Source of the DNA: Acidimicrobiia bacterium
Lineage (GTDB): Bacteria > Actinomycetota > Acidimicrobiia > Spongiisociales > ZC4RG35
Assembly (NCBI GenBank): GCA_041591895.1
Contig: JBFHRE010000001.1
Coordinates: 7,350-71,349 of the forward strand
Direction: 5' to 3'
Length of the DNA: 64,000 nt
The notes below the pieces were generated by a model, which saw nothing but the letters and a program-made list of their open reading frames with translations, searched no databases and was not told the origin of the DNA. Below, in pieces: positions 9,564-19,649 of the stretch. The position numbers were made by a program, and so were the translations under genes. Within the stretch, counting starts at the first letter, position 1. The number at the start of each line of letters is the position of its first letter.

Positions 9564-11339
9564 ATGGCTGCACGGCCGGCGGCGCGACGGCGGGGTCCGG
9601 CCCAGATACGGGTGGCGATGATGGGCCTGTTCCTGGTGCTGGTCTGGGTGGGCCTTGGCTATCGCCTGTTCGAGGTCCAAGTCGTACGGGCGGCAGAATA
9701 CGAGCCGAAGAGTCTCCAGCAGCGAGTCCGAACGGTTGTGATCGACGCTCCGCGCGGCACGATCTTCGACCGGAATCTCGACCCGCTGGCCGTGACGGTA
9801 GAGGCGCGAGCCATCTTCGCCGTGCCGGTCGAGATGGATGATCCCCTGTACGCAACCCAGGTGGTCGCCGCGATCACCGGGCAGTCCGCCGATACCGCCC
9901 GGGCAAACATCGAGAGGAGCGAGACCTTTGCGTATCTCGCCCGCCAGGTCGACCCGTCGGTGGCTGCCGAGGTCAAGGCCCAGAATCTGAAGGGCGTGTA
10001 CGTCGTGCCGGAACCCAAACGTGCCTACCCAGCCGGCGCGCTGGCCTCGCCGGTAGTGGGGCTCGTAACCACCGACGAAGATGATCGAATCACGGGTCTG
10101 GAGGGTCTCGAGCTCGTCTACGAGGATGTGCTCTCGGGGGAGCCGGGATTGATCGAGTACGAGGCGGCCGCCTCTCAGGTGCGGGCGATCCCCCAAGCAG
10201 GCATCCGTCAGGAGATTCCGGCGGTCCGCGGCGACGACCTGATCTCGACGATCGACTCCTCGCTCCAGTACACGGCGTACGACGTATGCCGCCGGCGTCT
10301 GGAAGTGACGGCGGCCATCGGTTGTTCGATCGTTGTGCTCGAGGTCGAGACGGGTCAGGTGCTGGCCCTGGTGGAGGCGCCGTCGTTCGACCCCGTGACC
10401 AGGACGGTGGTCGACCCGGTGACCGAGGACCAAACGAGGTTCTCCAACTTCGCAATCCGGGGCACATACGAGCCGGGCTCGGTTCAGAAGCTCATCACGA
10501 TCGCGTCGGCGCTCGATGCCGGGATCGTCGACATCGACACCGTCATCCCGGACGTCGGCGACACCATCGAGACCTCGGCGGGGGCCTGCAAGTCGAAGAC
10601 CGACGACATCTATGGCTGTTTCAAGGATTCGAGTCCACACGCAACCGAGGACATGACCGTCCATCAGATCTTCACCAGGTCGTCGAATGTCGGAACCATC
10701 AAGGTCCAGCAGCGGGTCGGACCCGAGATCCTGGAGGACTACATCAAGCGCTTCGGGCTCGGCAGGCTCACGGGTGTCGATTTCAACGGTGAGGCCGCCG
10801 GGTCGTTCCAACTGGACCCGAATTGCAGTTCATGTCAGGCGTCTGCAGCAATTGGCTACAGCGTTGCCGTCACCCCGCTCCAGATGGCCGCCGCCTACGC
10901 CGCAATCGGCAACGACGGCGTGTGGATCGAGCCGAGCCTGGTGATGGCCAAGGTCGACCAGAACGGCAACCGAACCTACATGCACGGCGAGAGCCGAGAG
11001 GTGGTCTCGGAACGAACTGCATGGGTCATGCGTCAGATCCTGGCGGACGTCGTCACCGACGGAACCGGCTCGGCGGCACGAGTGGAGGGATACCGGGTGG
11101 GTGGAAAGACCGGCACGGCCCTCAAGCTCGGCGCCGACGGCCGTTACACCGACTGGACCAACGCCAGCTTCGTGGGTATGGCTCCCATCGACGACCCGAA
11201 GGTGGTCGTGGCGGTCATGATCGACTCGCCGGCATTCGAGTTCAGATATGGAGGGGCGGCGGCGGCCCCGGCCTTCGCCGAGGTCATGGAAGCCGCCCTC
11301 AACCAGCTGGGGGTGATCCCGGATGCCCTCGACGGGTGA
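9564..11339 (+). CDS. ftsI: penicillin-binding protein / peptidoglycan D,D-transpeptidase FtsI
   Basis: RBS AGGAGG 5 nt upstream of the ATG at 9564. N-terminal TM segment. Transpeptidase motifs SVQK (SxxK), SSN and KTGT. Confidence 0.9.
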   Translation: MAARPAARRRGPAQIRVAMMGLFLVLVWVGLGYRLFEVQVVRAAEYEPKSLQQRVRTVVIDAPRGTIFDRNLDPLAVTVEARAIFAVPVEMDDPLYATQVVAAITGQSADTARANIERSETFAYLARQVDPSVAAEVKAQNLKGVYVVPEPKRAYPAGALASPVVGLVTTDEDDRITGLEGLELVYEDVLSGEPGLIEYEAAASQVRAIPQAGIRQEIPAVRGDDLISTIDSSLQYTAYDVCRRRLEVTAAIGCSIVVLEVETGQVLALVEAPSFDPVTRTVVDPVTEDQTRFSNFAIRGTYEPGSVQKLITIASALDAGIVDIDTVIPDVGDTIETSAGACKSKTDDIYGCFKDSSPHATEDMTVHQIFTRSSNVGTIKVQQRVGPEILEDYIKRFGLGRLTGVDFNGEAAGSFQLDPNCSSCQASAAIGYSVAVTPLQMAAAYAAIGNDGVWIEPSLVMAKVDQNGNRTYMHGESREVVSERTAWVMRQILADVVTDGTGSAARVEGYRVGGKTGTALKLGADGRYTDWTNASFVGMAPIDDPKVVVAVMIDSPAFEFRYGGAAAAPAFAEVMEAALNQLGVIPDALDG

Positions 11340-12783
11340 ACGCCTTCAGCGATTGAGTGAGATCAGTGGGGGGCGGGTCGTCGGTGGGGACGACGTCACG
11401 ATCGTCGATGCCACCCATGACAGCCGCCAGGTGATCGCAGGCGGGCTGTTCATCGCGGTGGTTGGGGGCTCATTCGATGGACACGCCTTCTGCGAGCAGG
11501 CGGTTCGAAACGGTGCGTCCGCCCTGATGGTCGAGCGGGAACTCGACCTCGAAGTGCCTCAACTCGTCGTGGCCGATACGAGAGCAGCAATGCCCGGCGT
11601 CGCCGCCGCCATTCACGGGAACCCCAGTCGCTCGCTCCGTCTGGTCGGGGTCACCGGAACGAACGGAAAGACGACGACCACGTTCCTGGTCGAGTCGATG
11701 GTGAGGTCTCACGGAAAGCCCACCGGGCTGATCGGGACCGTGCTGACGAGGGCCGGCGACGATCTCATCCCCAACGTCCGGACAACCCCGGAGGCCACCG
11801 ACTTCCAGAGGATGCTGGCGGCGATGCGAGACCGGGGGGTGGACGTCGTGGCGGCCGAAGTGTCGTCGCATGCCGTGTCCCTCGGCAGGATCGACTCCAC
11901 CTGGTTCGAAGTGGCTGCCTTCACCAATCTGTCGCCGGACCACCTGGACTTCCATGGAGACATGGAGTCCTACTTCGAAGCGAAGGCCAGCCTTTTCACT
12001 CCTGAACGGGTGGGGACTGCCGTGGTCAACATCGACGACGACCACGGTCGAGTCCTCGCCGATCGAGTCCGGACACGTCTGGTTTCCGTCGGCGGCGATG
12101 GCGATGTCTCCGGCCGGATCCTCGAAGCCACGCCGCGGTCATCTGAGATCGAAGTCGAGTTGCCGGGAGGGGCGAAAGGGAATCTCACGCTGCCGCTCGC
12201 CGGGACCTTCAACCTCGAGAACGCATTGGTCGCAGCAGGCTGCGGATATGCGTTGGGGATGGACCCCGACGAGATCTTCACGGGTCTCGAGACGGCTCCG
12301 CAGGTGCCGGGGCGGTTCGAGGTGGTGTCCGGCGATGATCCGGTGACCGTGATCGTCGACTACGCCCACACTCCGGCCGGGATCGACGCCGTCCTGGCGT
12401 CTGCACGTCGGACGTCGCCGCGGCGCATCATCGCCGTCTTGGGGGCGGGTGGAGACCGCGACCGGGCCAAACGGCCGGCGATGGGGGCGGCGGCGGCGAA
12501 GGGTGCCGACATCGTCTACATCACATCGGATAACCCGAGATCGGAGGAACCGGCTGCCATCATCTCCGAGATGTTGAGCGGTGTGCCAGCCTCAGTCGCG
12601 CCCCGAGTGGAACCGGATCGTCGCCTCGCCATACGGGCCGCAATCGCCGAAGCGGGACCCGGCGATGTGGTGATGGTGCTGGGGAAGGGACACGAGCGCG
12701 GCCAGGAGATCGCCGGGAGGGTGATCCCGTTCGACGACCGCCAGGAGGCCCGCTCGGCTCTGGCGGAGCGGAGGAAAGGGTGA
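11323..12783 (+). CDS. murE: UDP-N-acetylmuramoyl-L-alanyl-D-glutamate--2,6-diaminopimelate ligase MurE
   Basis: Mur ligase P-loop VTGTNGKTTT and the DNPR motif near the C-terminus (the second motif identifies MurE). Confidence 0.9.
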   Translation: MPSTGERLQRLSEISGGRVVGGDDVTIVDATHDSRQVIAGGLFIAVVGGSFDGHAFCEQAVRNGASALMVERELDLEVPQLVVADTRAAMPGVAAAIHGNPSRSLRLVGVTGTNGKTTTTFLVESMVRSHGKPTGLIGTVLTRAGDDLIPNVRTTPEATDFQRMLAAMRDRGVDVVAAEVSSHAVSLGRIDSTWFEVAAFTNLSPDHLDFHGDMESYFEAKASLFTPERVGTAVVNIDDDHGRVLADRVRTRLVSVGGDGDVSGRILEATPRSSEIEVELPGGAKGNLTLPLAGTFNLENALVAAGCGYALGMDPDEIFTGLETAPQVPGRFEVVSGDDPVTVIVDYAHTPAGIDAVLASARRTSPRRIIAVLGAGGDRDRAKRPAMGAAAAKGADIVYITSDNPRSEEPAAIISEMLSGVPASVAPRVEPDRRLAIRAAIAEAGPGDVVMVLGKGHERGQEIAGRVIPFDDRQEARSALAERRKG

Positions 12784-13841
12784 TTTCGCTTCTCACCGCC
12801 TCGGCTGTGTCGATGCTCATCTCGATCTTCGCCACGCCCATCGCGATCAGATACTTCCGGGGCCGCTCGATCGGCCAGTTCATCCAGAAGGAAGTGGAAG
12901 GGCACCATCACAAACAGGGCACTCCCACGATGGGGGGAGCGGTGTTCGTGGTGGGGGCGGTCATCGCATATGTCGTGGCCCACTTCAAGATCTGGTCGTC
13001 GGTGACCGGATTCGGATTCTCGATGCAGCCGTTCGGCGTCGGGGGGCTGCTCGTCATCGGAACCCTGTTGGGGATGGCCGGTATCGGTTTCATCGACGAC
13101 TACGTAAAGCACACGAAGAAGCGTTCGCTCGGTTTGAGCATCCGCGCCAAATACACGGGCCAGCTGCTCATCGCGATCGGCTTCGCGTGGGGTGTGAATG
13201 CGATCGGGCTCGGGACGGGCCTCTCCGTCGCCCGACCGATCGGCATCGACCTCGGACCGCTGTACGTCGTGCTGGTGGTCCTGATGATCACGGGGTTCGC
13301 GAATGGTGCGAACTTCGCCGACGGGCTCGACGGGCTGGCGTCGGGTTCTGGCGCGCTGATGTTCGGGGCCTACACCATCATCGGCTTCTGGCAGTTCCGA
13401 AATCCGGGCGTGTACTCGCTCCCGGCCGGCATCGACCCCCTCGAGTTGGCGCTGATCGCGGCCGCGATGCTCGGCGGTCTCTTGGGCTTCCTGTGGTGGA
13501 ACGCTGCGCCTGCCCGGATCTTCATGGGAGACGTGGGTTCGAACGCGATCGGAGCGGTACTGGCAGCTCTCGCCCTGTTGACGAACACCCAGCTCCTGCT
13601 GGTGATCATCGCCGGGTTCTACGTCGCCGAGAGCGCATCTTCGGCGATCCAGATCCTCTGGTTCAAGCTCACGGGTAAGCGGGTGTTCAGAATGGCGCCC
13701 CTCCACCACCACTTCGAACTCGGTGGATGGCCGGAGACGACGGTGGTGGTGCGGCTCTGGATCCTGGCCGGCATCGGGGTGGCGCTCGGACTCGGCTTGT
13801 TCTACAGCGATTTCATCCGGGCCGGAGGTTTGTTCGCATGA
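12780..13841 (+). CDS. mraY: phospho-N-acetylmuramoyl-pentapeptide transferase MraY
   Basis: Motif KxGTPTMGG and multiple TM helices. Its start overlaps the murE stop. Confidence 0.95.
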   Translation: MISLLTASAVSMLISIFATPIAIRYFRGRSIGQFIQKEVEGHHHKQGTPTMGGAVFVVGAVIAYVVAHFKIWSSVTGFGFSMQPFGVGGLLVIGTLLGMAGIGFIDDYVKHTKKRSLGLSIRAKYTGQLLIAIGFAWGVNAIGLGTGLSVARPIGIDLGPLYVVLVVLMITGFANGANFADGLDGLASGSGALMFGAYTIIGFWQFRNPGVYSLPAGIDPLELALIAAAMLGGLLGFLWWNAAPARIFMGDVGSNAIGAVLAALALLTNTQLLLVIIAGFYVAESASSAIQILWFKLTGKRVFRMAPLHHHFELGGWPETTVVVRLWILAGIGVALGLGLFYSDFIRAGGLFA

Positions 13842-15136
13842 GGGTTCTCGTGGTGGGTGCCGCCGTCTCGGGCATGGCGGCCGCCGAATTGGCGCGACGG
13901 CTCGGCCACCAGGTGGCGATCTACGACCGGAACCCCGCTGCTTCGCCCGACATCCTCGCGGCCGGGTTCGGAGCGATCGTCGGCAGCTGGGATGTCACGA
14001 CACTGAGTGGGATCGATCTGGTCGTGGCCAGCCCCGGCGTACCCGAACGCGCCGAACCCTTCACGCACGCAGTCGAGATGGGCATTCCGGTGTGGAGCGA
14101 GATCGAATTCGCGTGGCGCGAACTCGACTGCCCCACAGTGGCAGTGACCGGGACCAACGGCAAGACCACGGTCACATCCCTGGTCGCCGAGATGCTCGGA
14201 CGTTCGCATCCGACGACCGTGGCGGCGGGCAACATCGGCACGCCGCTCTCGGACGTCGTCGGCAAGGAGATCGAGAGCGTCGTGATCGAGGTGTCGAGCT
14301 TCCAGCTCAGGTTCACGGAGCGGTTTCGCCCGGATGTCGCAGTGGTGACGAACGTTGCCCCTGACCACCTCGACTGGCACGGTTCCTTCGAGCGTTATCT
14401 AGCCGCCAAGGCAGAGATCGTCTCCCGCCAGGGCCCCGAAGACGTGCTGGTGATCGATGCCGATGATGAGGGTGCCAGGCGCATCGCCGCGCTCGCTCCC
14501 GGGAAGGTGGTCGAGGTCTCGGGACGGAGGCGACTCGCCGGTGGCGGTGTCCAAGAGGACCGCCTGTGGGTGGGGGAGGAGTCCATCTCCCTCGCCCGGT
14601 TGCAGGTCTTCGACTCTGCGTTCCTGGCCGATCTGGCGATGGCGGGTGCCGCCAGCGTGGCTGCCGGAGGGCTGCCCGCCGATGTCTTCGACGTGGCAGC
14701 CTCGTTTCGGCCGGGTGCCCACCGGCGGACGGTGGTGGGTCGGGTGAGAGATGTCACCTTCGTCGACGACTCCAAAGCGACGAATCCCCATGCTGCCCTC
14801 GCCGCCATCCGGGCGTACCCGAGCGTGGTGTTGATCGCAGGTGGGCTCGCAAAAGGGCTCGACATTCGGCCGCTCGCACTCGAGCCAAACCTCCGTGCGG
14901 TGGTCGCAATCGGTGAAGCAGCCGACCAGCTGGTGGAGGTGGCGCCCGGCATTGTGACTCGGGCTGCCGGCATGGATGAGGCGGTGGCGGTGGCGATGAA
15001 TGCCGCTCGACCTGGAGACACGGTTTTGCTGGCTCCGGGATGTGCCAGCTTCGACATGTTCGCTTCGTACGCGGCTCGGGGCGACTCGTTCGCCTCGGCG
15101 GTTCGAGCCCGTGCAGAGAAGGAGGGGTCCGAGTGA
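13838..15136 (+). CDS. murD: UDP-N-acetylmuramoylalanine--D-glutamate ligase MurD
   Basis: ATGA overlap with the mraY stop. P-loop VAVTGTNGKTTV. Confidence 0.9.
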   Translation: MRVLVVGAAVSGMAAAELARRLGHQVAIYDRNPAASPDILAAGFGAIVGSWDVTTLSGIDLVVASPGVPERAEPFTHAVEMGIPVWSEIEFAWRELDCPTVAVTGTNGKTTVTSLVAEMLGRSHPTTVAAGNIGTPLSDVVGKEIESVVIEVSSFQLRFTERFRPDVAVVTNVAPDHLDWHGSFERYLAAKAEIVSRQGPEDVLVIDADDEGARRIAALAPGKVVEVSGRRRLAGGGVQEDRLWVGEESISLARLQVFDSAFLADLAMAGAASVAAGGLPADVFDVAASFRPGAHRRTVVGRVRDVTFVDDSKATNPHAALAAIRAYPSVVLIAGGLAKGLDIRPLALEPNLRAVVAIGEAADQLVEVAPGIVTRAAGMDEAVAVAMNAARPGDTVLLAPGCASFDMFASYAARGDSFASAVRARAEKEGSE

Positions 15137-16302
15137 CTGCAAAAGTGACTTCTATCGCCGAGGTTCGAGCCGCGGCCAGACGCAGATCCGAGAAGGTGAC
15201 CGCCGCCAACCGCCAGGTCACGATGCTCCTCTTCATCATTGCGGTGCTCCTGGTGATTGGACTCACCGAGACGATCTCTGCGGCCTCGACCGTCGAGATC
15301 CGCGAGGAAGTCGAACGGTTCTCCTACTTCAAACGTCAATTGCTCGGGGTCGGTCTCGGCACCCTGGCGCTGATCGTGACGTCGCGCCTTCCGTATCAGA
15401 CCTACCGCAGGTACGGGTTCCCCATCCTCGGGGTGGCGGTGACATTGCTGGTTGCGGTGTTGATCGTCGGCCGGAAGGCCGGCGGGGCAATGGCATGGTT
15501 GGACGTCGGGCCGCTCTCGTTTCAGCCGTCCGAAGCCGCCAAGTTCGCCGTGATCGTCGCTCTCGCCAAGGTGATGGAGCGCAAGGCGAGGTTGATGACG
15601 GATTGGAAGCATTTCCTCGCCCCGGTGGCTGCGATCACCGGAGTGGTCGGGATCCTCGTGATGCTCCAGCCCGACCTCGGCACCTTGATCATCATCGGAG
15701 CGGCGTCGATGGCCGTCCTACTCGTCTCGGCGGCACCACTGCGCCACGTGATCCCATTCGGGATCCTCGCGGCCGGCTCGGGCCTGATCCTCGCATATGC
15801 GGACAGCGAACGGTGGTCGCGTCTCACCAGCTTCCTGGATCCGTGGGCCGACCCGGGTGACACCGGCTATCAGGCGATCCAGAGTCTCTACGCGTTGAGC
15901 AACGGCGGGCTGTTCGGGGTCGGTCTCGGAGCTAGCCGGGCCCGCTGGTACTACCTGCCGCACGCTCACACCGACTTCATCTTCGCCATCATCGGAGAGG
16001 AGACCGGATTGATCGGAGCGATGTCCGTGATCGCTCTGTTCGGCCTGTTGACGGTGGTCGGGTGGTCGATTGCGGCCAAGGCCCGCGAGCCGTTCGGCCG
16101 TATGCTGGCGGCCGGGATCGTCACCTGGATCTCCTTCCAGGCCGTAGTCAACATCGGTGGGGTCGTGGGGGCTCTGCCGATCACCGGGATTCCGCTGCCG
16201 TTCATCTCCTACGGTGGTACGGCGGTCGTGGTCAGCATGGCGGCAATCGGGGTTCTCGTGAACATTGCCCAGCAATCGGCTGGTCTCAGGAAGAAGGCGT
16301 GA
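15133..16302 (+). CDS. ftsW: peptidoglycan glycosyltransferase FtsW (SEDS family)
   Basis: GTG start overlapping the murD stop. About 10 TM helices with SEDS-family motifs. Confidence 0.85.
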   Translation: MTAKVTSIAEVRAAARRRSEKVTAANRQVTMLLFIIAVLLVIGLTETISAASTVEIREEVERFSYFKRQLLGVGLGTLALIVTSRLPYQTYRRYGFPILGVAVTLLVAVLIVGRKAGGAMAWLDVGPLSFQPSEAAKFAVIVALAKVMERKARLMTDWKHFLAPVAAITGVVGILVMLQPDLGTLIIIGAASMAVLLVSAAPLRHVIPFGILAAGSGLILAYADSERWSRLTSFLDPWADPGDTGYQAIQSLYALSNGGLFGVGLGASRARWYYLPHAHTDFIFAIIGEETGLIGAMSVIALFGLLTVVGWSIAAKAREPFGRMLAAGIVTWISFQAVVNIGGVVGALPITGIPLPFISYGGTAVVVSMAAIGVLVNIAQQSAGLRKKA

Positions 16303-17378
16303 CCTACGCAATTGCCGCCGCCGGGACCGGCGGCCATGTGTTCCCAGCATTGGCCGTGGGGGAGGCACTCGTAGACCTCGGGGTTCCGAGGTCCGATGTG
16401 ATCTTCGTAGGCGGCTCGAGGCTCGAGGCGACGGCGGTGCCGGCCGCCGGCTTTCCGTTCCACCCGGTAGAGATCCGGGGGCTTCAGCGAAGCATGGCTC
16501 CGTCGAACCTGCTCCTGCCGTTTGTCGTGATCCGGGCGATCGTCCGAATGCGCACGCTGTTCGCAGGTCGGGGAGTTCGGGCGCTGCTGGGTGTTGGGGG
16601 GTATGTCACACCTCCGGCGGTGATAGCCGCCCGCCTCGCCGGGGCCGCCACGATGATCTCAGAGCAGAACGCCGAGGCTGGGCTCGGGAACCGTATGGCT
16701 GCTCGGTTGTGTCGAGACGTGTTCGGGTCGTTTCCGCAGACCGGTGGCCTGCCTTCCGCCGAGTGGGTTGGTAACCCGGTTCGGAGGCCGATTGCCATGT
16801 TCGACCGCGAAGAGCTTCGTCGCGAAGCGATGGCGCGCTACGAGCTGGATCCGAGCCTTCCCGTGGTCGGGGTGTTCGGGGGGAGTCTGGGGGCAGGGCC
16901 GATCAACGACGCTATCTCCGATGTGGTCGCCGGTTGGAGCAGCGACCACATCCAGGTTCTCCACCTTGCTGGGAATCGATTCGTCGAAGAGATCCAGGCC
17001 GAGTCCGCATCCGCGACCACGACCTGGCGGCTGATCGGGTTCGAGGAACGGATGGAACTGTTCTACGCGGCTTCCGATCTGGTGGTGGCGCGTGCCGGGG
17101 GAGCAGTGGCCGAATTGGCGGCGACCCGAACGCCTGCGGTTCTCATCCCGGGAGGTTTCGGATCGGGGAACCATCAGTGGGAGAATGCGAGGGTGTTCTC
17201 CGAGCGTGGTGCAGCGGTGGTTCTCGAACAGACCGCCCTCGCAGAACTCGGACCCACCCTCGAACGTCTGATTGCCGAACCGGAGCGGCTCGAACGAATG
17301 CGTTCCGCGCTCGACGCCCTCTCGAGACCTGATGCTGCATCGGTCATCGCCTCGAAGATGAGAGAGCGCCATGGGTGA
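16299..17378 (+). CDS. murG: UDP-N-acetylglucosamine--N-acetylmuramyl-(pentapeptide) pyrophosphoryl-undecaprenol N-acetylglucosamine transferase MurG
   Basis: GTGA overlap with ftsW. N-terminal motif AAAGTGGHVFPALAVGEAL. Confidence 0.9.
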   Translation: MTYAIAAAGTGGHVFPALAVGEALVDLGVPRSDVIFVGGSRLEATAVPAAGFPFHPVEIRGLQRSMAPSNLLLPFVVIRAIVRMRTLFAGRGVRALLGVGGYVTPPAVIAARLAGAATMISEQNAEAGLGNRMAARLCRDVFGSFPQTGGLPSAEWVGNPVRRPIAMFDREELRREAMARYELDPSLPVVGVFGGSLGAGPINDAISDVVAGWSSDHIQVLHLAGNRFVEEIQAESASATTTWRLIGFEERMELFYAASDLVVARAGGAVAELAATRTPAVLIPGGFGSGNHQWENARVFSERGAAVVLEQTALAELGPTLERLIAEPERLERMRSALDALSRPDAASVIASKMRERHG

Positions 17379-18738
17379 ATGGCTCCCGCACCGGACCATT
17401 CACCTCATCGGCATCGGTGGGGCCGGGATGAGTGCCCTGGCTCGGGTGTTGTCCGGCGCGGGTCACACCGTCACAGGGTCGGATCTGTACCCCAGTGGGG
17501 TGCTGGATTCGCTTCGCGACATCGGGCTCGACGTCTGGGCGGGTCACAAACCGGAACGAGTCCAGGCCGCCGACCTGGTGGTGGCTTCATCGGCTGTGCC
17601 GGCTACCGATCCGGAGTGGCAGGCGGCGATGGCGGCCGGCACCCCGTGCTGGATGCGACCCCAGCTCCTCGAGGAGATGACCTCTCGGGTGCGGACGGTG
17701 GGAGCGACAGGCACTCACGGGAAGTCCTCGACCTCGGCCATGCTGGTGACAGCCCTCCGTCATGTCGGCGTGTCCCCCTCGTTCGTGGTCGGGGCCGACC
17801 TGGTGGACCTTCGGACCAACGCCGCCTACGGGTCCGATCCTTTGCTGGTGCTCGAAGCCGATGAGGCGTTCGGAACATTCGAGTCGCTTCACCTGAGCGG
17901 GCTGATCGTCACCAATGTCGAAGCCGACCACCTCGATCACTTCGGCACCGTCGAGGAGGTCGAGGCTGCATTCACGAGGGTGGTCAGGAAGGTGGAAGGA
18001 CCGGTCGTCGCGTGCGCCGACGATCCCGGCTCGGCCGCCCTCGCCGCCCGGACCGGGGTGATGACCTACGGTCTGGCTCCTGAGTCCACATTCGTCATCG
18101 CCGAACTGGAACAGCGGTCCGATGGGTTCTGGTTCAGGATTCAAGGGCCCGATCTGGACCAGCGGGCGATGTCGACCCGCCCCGGCCTCCACATGCTCCG
18201 GAACGCCGCGGCTGTGCTCGCTCTGGGGTCCCTCCTCGGGTATGACCCGGCCGGCCTGGCTTCCGGTCTCGAGCGGTTCCACGGCATAAGGCGGCGCTTC
18301 GAGCATCGAGGCACGGTGGGCGGTGTGACGGTGATCGACGACTACGCCCACCATCCGACGGAGGTCTCGGCCACGATCCGAGCTGCTCGTCAGACCAATC
18401 CGGCCCGCCTCGTGGCGGTGTTCCAGCCCCACCTCTACAGCCGGACCGAGCGCCTGGCCGGCGAGTTCGGCTCGGCGCTCGCCCTGGCCGACGTGGTGAT
18501 CGTCACCGATGTGTACGGGTCCCGGGAGGCGCCGATTCCCGGCGTCACCGGGGAGCTGGTGTCGGCCGCGTCGATTCGGGCGGGAGCGGATCCGGTCTCG
18601 TACGTGGCGCATCGGGCCGACCTCGCCGAGGCAGTGGCGAGCGTCGCACGGGCGGGAGACGTGGTGGTGTTGATGGGGGCCGGAGACATCACCGTGGTGG
18701 CGGGTGAACTCATCCAGCTGTTGGACGCGGCCAGATGA
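17371..18738 (+). CDS. murC: UDP-N-acetylmuramate--L-alanine ligase MurC
   Basis: Motif IHLIGIGGAGMSALA and Mur ligase P-loop GTHGKSSTS. Confidence 0.9.
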   Translation: MGEWLPHRTIHLIGIGGAGMSALARVLSGAGHTVTGSDLYPSGVLDSLRDIGLDVWAGHKPERVQAADLVVASSAVPATDPEWQAAMAAGTPCWMRPQLLEEMTSRVRTVGATGTHGKSSTSAMLVTALRHVGVSPSFVVGADLVDLRTNAAYGSDPLLVLEADEAFGTFESLHLSGLIVTNVEADHLDHFGTVEEVEAAFTRVVRKVEGPVVACADDPGSAALAARTGVMTYGLAPESTFVIAELEQRSDGFWFRIQGPDLDQRAMSTRPGLHMLRNAAAVLALGSLLGYDPAGLASGLERFHGIRRRFEHRGTVGGVTVIDDYAHHPTEVSATIRAARQTNPARLVAVFQPHLYSRTERLAGEFGSALALADVVIVTDVYGSREAPIPGVTGELVSAASIRAGADPVSYVAHRADLAEAVASVARAGDVVVLMGAGDITVVAGELIQLLDAAR

Positions 18739-19649
18739 GCCGGCTCGACGAACTGGTCGAAGGCGGTCTCGTCGACGCGGGAGTCCGACTCGGCAAGTTG
18801 ACGACGTACAAGCTCGGCGGCCCGGCCGACTACTTTGCCGACGTGTCGGACCCCGACCAATTGGAGGTGGTCTCGGATGCGTGGCGTGGTTCGGGACTCG
18901 AGGTTCTGATCGTCGGACGCGGCAGCAACCTCGTCATCGCCGACTCGGGCTTTCGGGGCCTCGTGATCAGGCTGGGCGGAACATTCGCCGGGATCGAGAT
19001 CGAGGGTGAGATGGTCACGGCCGGTGGAGCCGTGCACCTGCCGACGCTTGCTCGAACGGCTGTCAAAGCCGGCCTTCTCGGTCTGGAGTTCTTCGTGGGG
19101 ATCCCCGGTTCGGTCGGTGGGGCAATCCGCCAGAACGCCGGCTGTCATGGCTCTGAGACGGTGGACTTCCTGGTCGAGACCTCGGTGATCGACCTGACGA
19201 ACGGCGTGCGTACTAAGCGATCGGCGATCGACCTCGACCTCTCATACCGGCATTCCAACCTCTCGGCGCACCACGTCGTCACCTCGGCCACGTTTCGCTG
19301 TGTTCCCGGGGATCCGGCAATGGGGGAGCAGACGATGCGAGAGATCACCCGATGGCGAAGAGACCACCAGCCGGGGGGAACCCTGAACGCCGGCAGCGTC
19401 TTCAAGAACCCGCCCGGTGACCATGCTGGACGTCTCATCGACGCGCTGGGCCTCAAGGGATTCCGGGTGGGAGGCGCTTCGGTGTCGGAGCGACACGCCA
19501 ACTTCTTTGTCGCCGCAGCAGATGCCACTGCAGCGGACCTCTTCGGCCTCGTCCACGAGATTCGAAATCGGGTGAAACAGGCGACCGGTGTCCTCCTCGA
19601 GCCCGAGATCGTGTTCGCGGGCGACTTCGGCCCGCCCGAGGCGACTTGA
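18735..19649 (+). CDS. murB: UDP-N-acetylenolpyruvoylglucosamine reductase MurB
   Basis: FAD-binding MurB motifs TYKLGGPADYF and RGSNLV. Confidence 0.9.
   Translation: MSRLDELVEGGLVDAGVRLGKLTTYKLGGPADYFADVSDPDQLEVVSDAWRGSGLEVLIVGRGSNLVIADSGFRGLVIRLGGTFAGIEIEGEMVTAGGAVHLPTLARTAVKAGLLGLEFFVGIPGSVGGAIRQNAGCHGSETVDFLVETSVIDLTNGVRTKRSAIDLDLSYRHSNLSAHHVVTSATFRCVPGDPAMGEQTMREITRWRRDHQPGGTLNAGSVFKNPPGDHAGRLIDALGLKGFRVGGASVSERHANFFVAAADATAADLFGLVHEIRNRVKQATGVLLEPEIVFAGDFGPPEAT

Noticed and set aside
9255-10811. 518-aa minus-strand ORF
   Set aside because: Antisense to ftsI, with Arg/Pro-rich low-complexity translation. The same reasoning applies to 12516-13712, 14395-15612, 17587-18612, 19145-20500, 20530-21492, 28294-29898 and 54420-55757.
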